The notes beneath the pieces were generated by a model, which was not told the DNA's origin, did not search any database, and saw only the letters and a list, made by a program, of their open reading frames with translations. Shown in pieces: positions 41,417 through 50,800 of a DNA stretch of 64,000 nucleotides. Numbering within the stretch: position 1 is the first letter of the stretch; every line of letters begins with the position of its first letter. The stretch comes from an uncultured Acidobacteriota bacterium (GTDB taxonomy: Bacteria; Acidobacteriota; Blastocatellia; RBC074): contig CAWCKY010000002.1 in assembly GCA_963796275.1 (NCBI GenBank), forward strand, positions 288,001 to 352,000, given 5' to 3'. The position numbers and the translations under genes are program-made.

Positions 41417-44400
41417 TCAGAAAAGCAGCTTCAGTCCAAATTGGATTATGCGCGGGTCTTGCGCTGCCGTATAAACCCCAAAAGTCGCCGGCACGCTCAC
41501 GTTGTTCCCTACACCACTAGTGAGTCCGAACATCGTGCGATTCGGCAGGTTGAAAAACTCGGAACGGAACTCAATATAACGAGTCTCGTCGATGCGGGTC
41601 TTCTTCACCAACGAGAAATCCAGGTTGTTCTGGCCGCTGTAACGCATAATCCCGCGCCCGCCATTGCCGAACTTGCCGAGCTGAGAAGGAGCAAAGCAGG
41701 ACGTATCAAACAAGCGCGTGCGGCCCCTCTGATCCGAAGAGAGCAGGCCGTCGCACAGGCGGTCGGCGCGCTCCGCGCCTCCGAATGTCCCGGTCCGGTT
41801 CCCACTCTGGATTATGTTGAATGGGAAACCTGACTGGACTTGCCAGATACCGGATACATGCCAACCTTCGAGCAGCTTGCCGATGAAACCGCGCGTGTTC
41901 CGCAGGAAGTAGCGCCCCGGGCCGAACGGCAAATCGTATAAGCCACTGAACGTGAAGCGGTGGCGGACATCGAAATCCGAAGGGCCGCGGTCCTGGCTCG
42001 AGTTGCGGTCATCCATAATAATGAACTGTCCACCGCTTCCGCCGCCTTCTCCCGAAGAGTTATCGATAGCGTGCCCATAATTGTAAGAGCCGATGAAAGT
42101 CGTGCCCTGCGAAAAGCGCTTCGTAACTTTCGCCTGCAATGAATGGTAGTTCGAGTCGCCGAAACTGTCTGCCGTAGTAAACGTCCCGAAAGTCGGAAAC
42201 GGCCTTATATACGCGGCATTCGTAGCTCCGGGGAGCGCTCCCTGATTGAGGATGCGCAATCCGTCGAGCGAGGTGCCCTTGTTCGCCAGATATGTAATTT
42301 CCATCCCCACGTTACCGGTCAATTGCCGCTGGATGCCGAGGCTCCACTGCTGCATATAGCCTTGCTTGAACCACGGCGTCAGTGACAGGCCGCCGGGAAG
42401 TCCGCCGGCGAGCGGGTTGGAAGAGAACGGGCTGGCGAACGGCAAAACCACGCCCCGCGCCGGGTCGGCCTGATACGTTTGCGAGACCACAAACGGCGCA
42501 TTGATCGCGGCCAGGAACTGCGAGTTGAAGATCGCCAGGTTATAGAAGATTCCGTAGCCGGTGCGCAGCACTGTCTTGTTGTCTTCGGTCAGGCTCCAGG
42601 CGATGCCGATTCGCGGTGCGAAGTTCTTCTTGGGCGTAGGATACAAGGAGCGATTCTCCCGGCCGCTGAGACCATTAGCCGGGTCGCCGGAGATAAGAAA
42701 GCGCCCCTGACCTTCTGGAAGGAAAACACTCAGATGGTCTCCCTTATCGATGAACGCCTGCCGTAGCTCATATCGCAGGCCGAGATTGACCGTCAAACGA
42801 GGGCTCACCCGGAAATCATCAGCCACGTAGAAATTGAACAGAGTGGCACGTGCATCCTCGCGCGCAATGCCGACATCCCGTACAGCCTGCTGCGGCAGCC
42901 CCAGCAGAAAGTCGGGCAAACCCGTGGTTGCCCTGCTATGGAGGTTCGTGAAAGTGAAGGCGCCACGCTGATTCCCCGAGACGAACACGCCGTTCAACTG
43001 GGTGGGCCAGATGGTGGTCCCTGCACGCAAAGTGTGCCGCCCGATGATCCGAGTGTAATTGACGATGAACTGTTGAGAGTTTTCCACACGCCCCTCGGGG
43101 CTGAACCCCGCATCGCCGATGTTGTTGAATCCCTGGATGGCTATCGACGGCACGCCATCGATCTCCGGCGTGACGAAAAGGCCGGCAATCCCGAACGACG
43201 AGCTCTGTTGTTTGCCGACCTGCTCGGAACCGTTGAGCGCGTTCTCCCGATTAAAGCCGACGCGCACGTCGAGTGTACTGGTCGGACTCAGGCTGATGCT
43301 GGATCCCACCGATGCGTTGTGAACCGTCATCAGGTTGATCGTTCCGAAGTTGGGGATGGCGCCTGGAGTCAGCCGATCGGTGTTCGAAATCGTGTAACGC
43401 GCAAACGCTTTCCAGTTGTTGGAGAATGAGTGGTCCAGCCTCGCAACGTACTGGTATTCGTCGATCCTGTCCGAACTCGGATTGATGAAATTGGGCGCCG
43501 CCAGGCCGCTATTGGGAGCGGGATATAAGGCCGCGAACTTTCGGGCGACATCCGAGATTCGAGCCGATGGAATAATATTACCCTGAAACGGCATTCCGGT
43601 CAGTGGATCGATGACGGGGTTGGAATCGGAACTGAAGTCGCCGTTTAACTGCGCTTGCGTGGGCACCTGCGCTCCCGCCGCCAGACCGCGACGCGATTTG
43701 AAGCCCTCATATGTTCCGAAGAAGAAGGTCTTCTCTTTGCGGATCGGCCCGCCCACCGAGCCACCGTATTGGTTCTGACGGTATGGCGGTTTCTCCAGAT
43801 CGAAGAAATTTCTCGCATCCAGACGGTCGTTACGGAAAAACTCGAATAATTCACCATGAACTTGGTTGCCGCCGGACTTTGTGATTACATCTACTGTCAC
43901 ACCGGAGACCACGCCGTATTGCGAGTCATACGGCGAATTAAGGACTTTAAATTCCTGGATCGAAGCGACCGAAGGCCGCAGACTGGTGTTCTTGAAACGG
44001 AATCCGAATGAATCCACTCCATCTATGATGTAAGTATTGTTTGTCGGCCGATTGCCCCCGAGTTGCACACCTACGTTACGCGGTCCGCCGCCTCGCGCGG
44101 TCGGCTGGCCGCCCGCATTGGGCGATACGCCTGGTAGCATCAGACTGAGTTGGAGAAACTGCCGCCCGTTTAGCGGCAGCCCTTCGGTATTGACGTTGTC
44201 TACAACTCCGCCGATGTTCGCATGGGTAGAATCAACCAGCGGCAATATCGCCTGAACGGTGACGCTTTCCGTAGTGGCGCCGACCTCCAGGGCGATATTG
44301 AGCTGCGGTCGCTGGTCCACATTGAGAACAAGTTTACGCTGCACATATTGCTTGAAGCCCTGCGCCTCGGTGCTGAGCGTATATGGGCCTGGCGGGAGGT

Positions 44401-44620
44401 CCAATAGCGTGAAGTTTCCGACTTCGTTCGTCTCAACAATCCTGGTGATTCCCGTATTGTCGTTGATGACCTTTACGATGGCGCCCTGAACTACTGCGCC
44501 TGCCTGATCGGTCACCCGACCGAATATGGAAGCTGAGTTTCTCTGTGCGATTCCGGCTCCAGCGAATAAAAGCGTCAACAACAAAGCGAATCCTACGATG
44601 CCAAATACACGTTTTCTCAA
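41417..44620 (-). CDS. TonB-dependent receptor (Oar-like)
   Basis: GRVTDQAGAVV, LPLNGRQF, TKSGGN, DARNFF, PRIIQFGLKLLF; probable TTG start at 44620 after AAGGA. Confidence 0.92.
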   Translation of the reverse strand: MRKRVFGIVGFALLLTLLFAGAGIAQRNSASIFGRVTDQAGAVVQGAIVKVINDNTGITRIVETNEVGNFTLLDLPPGPYTLSTEAQGFKQYVQRKLVLNVDQRPQLNIALEVGATTESVTVQAILPLVDSTHANIGGVVDNVNTEGLPLNGRQFLQLSLMLPGVSPNAGGQPTARGGGPRNVGVQLGGNRPTNNTYIIDGVDSFGFRFKNTSLRPSVASIQEFKVLNSPYDSQYGVVSGVTVDVITKSGGNQVHGELFEFFRNDRLDARNFFDLEKPPYRQNQYGGSVGGPIRKEKTFFFGTYEGFKSRRGLAAGAQVPTQAQLNGDFSSDSNPVIDPLTGMPFQGNIIPSARISDVARKFAALYPAPNSGLAAPNFINPSSDRIDEYQYVARLDHSFSNNWKAFARYTISNTDRLTPGAIPNFGTINLMTVHNASVGSSISLSPTSTLDVRVGFNRENALNGSEQVGKQQSSSFGIAGLFVTPEIDGVPSIAIQGFNNIGDAGFSPEGRVENSQQFIVNYTRIIGRHTLRAGTTIWPTQLNGVFVSGNQRGAFTFTNLHSRATTGLPDFLLGLPQQAVRDVGIAREDARATLFNFYVADDFRVSPRLTVNLGLRYELRQAFIDKGDHLSVFLPEGQGRFLISGDPANGLSGRENRSLYPTPKKNFAPRIGIAWSLTEDNKTVLRTGYGIFYNLAIFNSQFLAAINAPFVVSQTYQADPARGVVLPFASPFSSNPLAGGLPGGLSLTPWFKQGYMQQWSLGIQRQLTGNVGMEITYLANKGTSLDGLRILNQGALPGATNAAYIRPFPTFGTFTTADSFGDSNYHSLQAKVTKRFSQGTTFIGSYNYGHAIDNSSGEGGGSGGQFIIMDDRNSSQDRGPSDFDVRHRFTFSGLYDLPFGPGRYFLRNTRGFIGKLLEGWHVSGIWQVQSGFPFNIIQSGNRTGTFGGAERADRLCDGLLSSDQRGRTRLFDTSCFAPSQLGKFGNGGRGIMRYSGQNNLDFSLVKKTRIDETRYIEFRSEFFNLPNRTMFGLTSGVGNNVSVPATFGVYTAAQDPRIIQFGLKLLF

Positions 44621-44892
44621 GATGCAATCCTTTCGCTCCCATAGCGCCGAATGGCGATGGTGATTGTGATGAATCCCAAAACGACATCCAGTCAACTTGT
44701 TGAATAATCGATTCAGGTAAGGAATATCTTTATTGGTGCATTCACTGGTTCGAGGATGGACGGGGTAAGTGTATTTATTCTCATCGTTTTTGTCTATTAG
44801 ATTTCATAGACTATCGGAGGGATATCAGATAATCCGTCTAGATCTGTCCGGCATATTGTATTAGCACAGCAATTAATCACCCGAGAGGCTGG

Positions 44893-45485
44893 ATGATGAC
44901 AAAGGTTTCCGATCAAACTCACAAGAGCTTGGATCAAATAACAGATGAAGAGTGGATGGCGATCTGGAGAAGGCTACGTTTATACGCTATTCACAATTAT
45001 GGCTGGACGCAAAGCACTGTCGGTGTGGGCCTTGATTTAGAGGCTATCGTTCAGGAAGCAATCTTGGACACACTCACCGGCGTAAGACGTTGGCCGCCAG
45101 TTGATAAACAGGGTACCCCTAAAGATGAACCTCTTTTTTTTCTCTGCCAAACTGTTCGAAGCAAGGTCAGCCACGCCACGGAGAGAGAGAAAGGAAGCTG
45201 CCTATAGAATCTCTTGACCCCCGCTCTCCTGTCCTAATCGATAGTGAAAATAAGCAAGAACAGAAAGTTCACTACGATCAATTGCGCGAATCCATTATGG
45301 CGGAAGCTCGTTCAGATTCTGGACTTACCGAAACCGAAAGACTGATGACCGAGACGCCTGACATAACCGCCAACGACATCGCGAAAGAGAGGAATGTGCC
45401 AATCAAGACAGTTCGTAAGGATATAGAACGGTTGAAAAGGCGGCTCCGCAATTCACGAATGGCATGGATAGATTCGATAAAATGA
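44893..45485 (+). pseudogene. ECF-sigma-like/HTH regulator split by a frameshift at a (GA)5 tract
   Basis: DLEAIVQEAILDTL.G.RRW (region 2-like) and TANDIAKERNVPIKTVRKDIERLKRRL (region 4 HTH). Deleting one GA at 45181-45190 gives a single 196-aa ORF. Confidence 0.6.
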
Positions 45486-45501
45486 AAATTGTGGGCTAAT
45501 T

Positions 45502-45933
45502 ATGAACTATTATAAATACGGCTTTCAGGACAAAAAGAGGGACGCAGAGTACGCGCCCGAAATTCCGCAACTAGGGCATATAGCGATTGAGGTAAGTGAA
45601 AAATTGTCTCCCCAGGCAATCGCTTCCATGTCGATTGATGAAGTCGAAAAGGAGCTTAGGCGGTTGGGATGTGATCCTAATCAGCGGTTGTCTGTCAAGG
45701 TACAGCTCATGATTCAAATACACCGATCTAAAATACCATACAAGTTGGCGAGTTCTTGTGAGCCTATGATGCCCGATCTCAGTATATCTCCATCTTCACT
45801 AGGCTCCAGTTCGGACAGATCGCCTATCCTCCAAGCAGTTAAGGCGCTGATCAAGACGATTGAGGCGCTGATCAAGACAATTGAGGCGCGAATCATTGCT
45901 TTCAAGCAAGAGCTTAAACGACGCACAGTGTAA
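45502..45933 (+). CDS. Hypothetical protein (possible anti-sigma partner) with a 21-bp ALIKTIE duplication
   Basis: 143 aa ORF directly after the sigma-like gene. Confidence 0.45.
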   Translation: MNYYKYGFQDKKRDAEYAPEIPQLGHIAIEVSEKLSPQAIASMSIDEVEKELRRLGCDPNQRLSVKVQLMIQIHRSKIPYKLASSCEPMMPDLSISPSSLGSSSDRSPILQAVKALIKTIEALIKTIEARIIAFKQELKRRTV

Positions 45934-45978
45934 TACTATTTATCTGCCACTGACCAAGGTCGGCAGAAAGGGGATGCC

Positions 45979-47487
45979 ATGAAAAGCACATGTAAAATGA
46001 TAAAACGCCATCCTGTATTGCTGATTCTGCTGGCCGTCTCACTTCAGGTTTTTGGTCAGACCTCGGATCCTGGTGCGGCGGTGAAAGGACCCGAAGGCGT
46101 CTGGCATGGAACGCTCGAAGTTGGTGGTGCGCGACTCCGCCTCATCCTAACGATCACGAAATCTGGCGCCGGCGTTTACTCCGGCAAAGTGAACAGCCTC
46201 GATCAGGGCTCGACTATTCTCATAGATACGATCGCAGTCGCTGGCGACGCAGTGCGGCTGGAGTTGAAATCGGTCGGCGCCCTTTACGAAGGCGTGATGA
46301 ATAAAGACCGGTCGGAGATGAGTGGGAAGTTCACTCAGGGCGGCGCGCCAATTCCGCTCGTCTTCGCGGCTGGCGCTCCGCCTCAGTCCGACGCCGCCGC
46401 GAAATCCCCGCCCGCGCCCCCACAAAGACCGATCAGCGTTCCCCTGGACGTTTCGGTTCCGGTAGCGCCGACCGCCTTCAAAGCCGGCGGAAAAACACAT
46501 CTTGTTTATGAATTGCACGCGACAAACTTCAGCCGGAGCGATTGCGTGTTGACGCGCCTGGAAGTAATCGGCGCCGGCGATAGACCTCTGGCGCGTTACG
46601 AAGGAAATGAACTGGCGTCGTTGCTGGCGCGTCCTGGAGCGCCGCCTGATGTCGAAAAGACGAAGGTCGGCGCAGGATTGCGAGCTATCATTTTCATGTG
46701 GCTGACGCTGGAAGCGGGCGCGGAAGTTCCAGCCACGCTACACCATCGCTTTGGCGTCAAAGTGAGCGACTTCCCGGAAGAATTGTTTCTCGATTGCGCA
46801 CGCGTCGCGGTCGCTCAGAAGCCATTGATGATCAGCCCTCCGTTACGCGGCGGCGAATGGTTGGCCGCCAACGGGCCGTCCAACACTTCAGGCCATCGCC
46901 GGGCGCTGATTCCTGTCGCCGGGCAGGCTCACATCGCGCAGCGGTTCGCGATCGATTGGGTTCGGCTGCGCGAAGACGGGCGCACATTCACGGGCGATCC
47001 GAAAGACAATAGAAATTATCGTTGCTACGGCGACGAGGCGCTGGCCGTGGCCGATGCGGTCGTCGTGTCGACCAAAGACGGCATCCCGGAGAACGTGCCC
47101 GGGCCGGCCTCGCGAGCCGTGCCCATCACACTTGAAACGGTCGGCGGCAATCACGTCATCCTCGATCTGGGTCAGGGCCGATACGGCTTCTACGCGCATT
47201 TGCAGCCCGGCAGTCTGCGCGTCATGGTGGGCGATAAAGTGCGCCGCGGCCAGGTAATCGGCCTGGTGGGAAATTCCGGCAACTCGACCGAACCTCATCT
47301 GCACTTTCACATCAGCGACGCCAATTCGCCGCTCGGCTCCGACGGGCTGCCTTACCTTCTGCCCGCGTTTGAAATACAGGGCAAAGGCTGGGGCTGGAAA
47401 GCTTCGGAAGCGAAGGCGGCGGCGGAGAAGCGCCAGATGGAAATCCCATTGGAGGGCGACGTGGTGCGATTCCCTGACATTCCATAA
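45979..47487 (+). CDS. Secreted M23 family metallopeptidase
   Basis: Signal peptide, RFAIDW, GNHVILD.G..Y.FYAHL, GNSGNSTEPHLHF. Confidence 0.9.
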   Translation: MKSTCKMIKRHPVLLILLAVSLQVFGQTSDPGAAVKGPEGVWHGTLEVGGARLRLILTITKSGAGVYSGKVNSLDQGSTILIDTIAVAGDAVRLELKSVGALYEGVMNKDRSEMSGKFTQGGAPIPLVFAAGAPPQSDAAAKSPPAPPQRPISVPLDVSVPVAPTAFKAGGKTHLVYELHATNFSRSDCVLTRLEVIGAGDRPLARYEGNELASLLARPGAPPDVEKTKVGAGLRAIIFMWLTLEAGAEVPATLHHRFGVKVSDFPEELFLDCARVAVAQKPLMISPPLRGGEWLAANGPSNTSGHRRALIPVAGQAHIAQRFAIDWVRLREDGRTFTGDPKDNRNYRCYGDEALAVADAVVVSTKDGIPENVPGPASRAVPITLETVGGNHVILDLGQGRYGFYAHLQPGSLRVMVGDKVRRGQVIGLVGNSGNSTEPHLHFHISDANSPLGSDGLPYLLPAFEIQGKGWGWKASEAKAAAEKRQMEIPLEGDVVRFPDIP

Positions 47488-47735
47488 ACGGTGAGGCCCG
47501 CTACCTTTTACCATTGGCTTGATCGCGGTCGTCGCGCGGGATTTCCTGGTAAAAATTGTGAAGAGGTACAACGAAAAAGTCGGTGAGAAAGACTATGAAT
47601 ACTTGCCTCTGGGTAAATACATCGTAGCTGCCCATGGTGTTTCTAATGGCCGGCGGCAGGGCCATCTTGCGCATTGAGCCCTTCGAGAGTAAGCAAGTAA
47701 TCACCCGGCCTAAACAGGCTGGAATAGAAGCTTAG

Positions 47736-47806
47736 TAGGCAAAAAGGGCTATGTGTATTCCGCATGCCCTTTTGCCTATTTTGTTTCTTTTCGCCCTTTT
47801 TGCTTC
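47736..47806. terminator. Hairpin/short-repeat element between convergent genes
   Basis: taggcaaaaagggc ... gcccttttgccta followed by T-rich repeats. Confidence 0.45.
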
Positions 47807-47825
47807 CTCTCCTATGAGTGTTTCG

Positions 47826-50800
47826 TCACTTAAGAGATATCGCCGTGCCCCTGGCAGTCACCCCGTCTACCGAGACGACGACATCGGCCCGCCGCCTTCC
47901 CAACTTGGTCAGCCCGGCTGGAACCTTGACGATTATCTTATCCAGGCCGTTCAACTTGCCGTATGCGCCGGCATAGAGTACGCGTGCCTGATATCCGTCG
48001 ATCGTAACCTCGACCGCTTCGGCAATGCCGTTCTCGTCGTTCGGGTTGGCAGCTCGTGCGCCGCGGATGCCCGTGACAAAGAGCGTGAGAATATCCAGCC
48101 TGTTTTCGCCGAGCTTCTCGAATTTCGGAAGTCTTAATCCGGTTCCAGTACGTGGCGCCGGGTCATCGCCACCGAGAATAGCTGGCGCGACATCGACAAT
48201 CTGCGCAGTTCCAATCGAGTAACTGCCGGCGGAGTTGCGTATGACGACTGTCGCGTTGCCCGCCTCAACACTCGGCGGAACGAGAAAGTCGACCCGGTCG
48301 GGCGAAACGGAAGCCACCTGAGCCTTGATACCATTTACAGTGACGGTAGTACCAGCCAACTCGAGCGGCAATTGCTCCGCCTCAGCCGTCATGGAAGCGA
48401 AAGCCAGATTGGCTCCGAATGCGCTAGCTATCGAGTCTGCCGCAAGCCGCCCGTCTCCGGACCCCGCCGCATTCGCCAGCGTCAATTCCGAACATTCGAC
48501 TGCACGAACAGTTACTACTTTCGTATCGATCGAGCGCCCATCGCTCGCGGTGAAGGCGATATTGAAACTGCTTCCGATATCGGCGGCCCTCGGCTTCCAT
48601 CTGAAAGTTCCTTCCGTTCTGTTGTTGGTGATGACGTTAGTGGTGAAGCGAGCGCGCTCAGGCATCCCCTCGGCTGTGATCGAGAGCGGCGCGCCAGAAC
48701 CGAGATCGCTGGCAGTGACCTTAAACCTGATCTCCGTATTCGCGGTTCCTACCTGCGCCGCGGGCGCCGACAGAATCGGAGGGCGATCGACAAAGGATGT
48801 CTCCAGCGGGGCGATTGACAGGCGGGAGACTTCGTCAGGGAGCGAAGAAACTACATGGAAATATCCGCCGATCACTCCGCTCCCGTTCACGAATAAAACT
48901 CGCGGAGTATTTGGATCGACCAGATCGAACGAATTATCCAGCGCAATCCACCGGTCGTTACGGACATCGTAAACCTCCGCGTCCTTGACAAGGCCACCAC
49001 CGAATAAGAGCCAGAAAGGATTTCCTTCCGCATCTTGGACGACGACAGACTGGGCGTCCGTACGACTATGATTGAGCGGCGCAATCGGCGACCACTGCCC
49101 GGTCTCAAAATCATAGACCTCGCCGGTTATGGTAGAGCCTGAGGGGTCGTTCCCGGCAGCCACATAAAGTTTTCCTTCGATTACCGCGGCATTATGGCCA
49201 GCCCGGGCCGTGTTCATCGGCGGCAGGTCCGTCCAGGCATTGGTCGATGGATCATATCTCCTGACTGCCGCCGAGAAGTTTGTGGGCGTGACGCCGCCTG
49301 TGTGATAGTAGACGCCTCGCGCAATATCCGCCGCTACCGCATACAAAGTTGTCGCGTCCGGCGCCTCAGCCTGAGTTGACCACGTGTTCGCCGCAATGTC
49401 GTATGCGAGGTGAAGCGGTGATAAAGTCGAGGGTGTTGTTCCGCGGTTCACTCCGCCCGGAATATAAATCTTGCCATTGAGGTAAACGGCCTTAGCGCCA
49501 AACAGAATGGACGGCGGCAGAGAGAGCCCATCGCCCGTCCAGACATGGGTCTCCGGGTCGTAGCGAAGGATAATGTTCTCGGCTGGCGCCCCCAGTCGTT
49601 GCCTCTGTCCGATGGCATAAAGATATCTCTCATCAGCGACATACGTGCTGCCAAAGGGGGGGGATTCCGAGAGCGTCGTATTCGTCTCCCAGCGTCTTGC
49701 GATGACGAACTGGCCTGAAACCGCCTCTGTCACAGCTCCTTCATCGTCGGTTGCCGTAACGGATATGCGGGCCTGTGCGCCGATCGGCAGGTTGGTCGGG
49801 ATAATCCAGGTAAATGAGCGCGCCTCGCCTTCCAGCTGGGGCGCAACGTCGATCGTTTGCTCTGTCGGTAACCCGATAGACGGCAGATAGCTGAACCTGA
49901 CGCTATGTCTAACGAGTTCGCGATTGTCGGACGATTGCCAGCGAATAGAAATCAGGCTGCCCATGTATATTCTCTCGCCGCCCGCTGGATTTAACACCTG
50001 CACTGCCGGCGGTGTGGGCTCAACGTAGCTGTAACCGCCCGCGCGCGTCGTCTGCAAACTGCCATTTCGGACTATAACATCCACCACTGCCGGGGCCCCT
50101 GTCGTCACGGCAGTGGGCGCTATCACCCGCAGTGTGTTCCCATTGATGTATGTGACCGGCGCCGCTTGAGATCCGAACAGGACCGCTGTTTCAGGCGTAA
50201 AGTTCAGCCCGCTCAATGTCACCGCCGTCCCGCCCAGCACAGAGCCGGAAGCGGGAGAGACGCCGCCGAGGATCGGTCGCATCTCGTTTCCACCTGGCTC
50301 GTAGTATGTGAAACCTCTCGAGCTCCTGGCCGTACCACGGCGATTAGTGACGCGCACGCTGACGGCTCCGGCGCTATGCGCAGGAGCGACGGCCGTGATC
50401 GTGGAGCTGCCCAGCACCGCCACCTGCGCGGCCGGCGCATCACTGAAGGTGACACTGGTGTCAGAAGTTTCGGTGAAATTTGAGCCACTGATAATCACCT
50501 GCGTACCGCCGCTCGGAGGTCCGAAGGCAGGGCTGATCGCGGTAATAATCGGCTCCGGAGCGTCGCCCGGTGGGATGATCCGCGGATTCGCAGATCGTGC
50601 GGTGAGGCGTATATCGTCGATCGCCCAGAAAATCGGATTCAGGTCCAACAAACCCACAAGCTGGAACCGCAGCCGCGCCCACCCATCCAATCTCGGCAAC
50701 AACACGCGCGAAGCGACAAAGCCGGTCTGGTTACCTCCGAATGATTCAACCGCAGTCCAGGTTACGCCGTCGTCAACGGAAATCTCGATTCGTCCAAACA

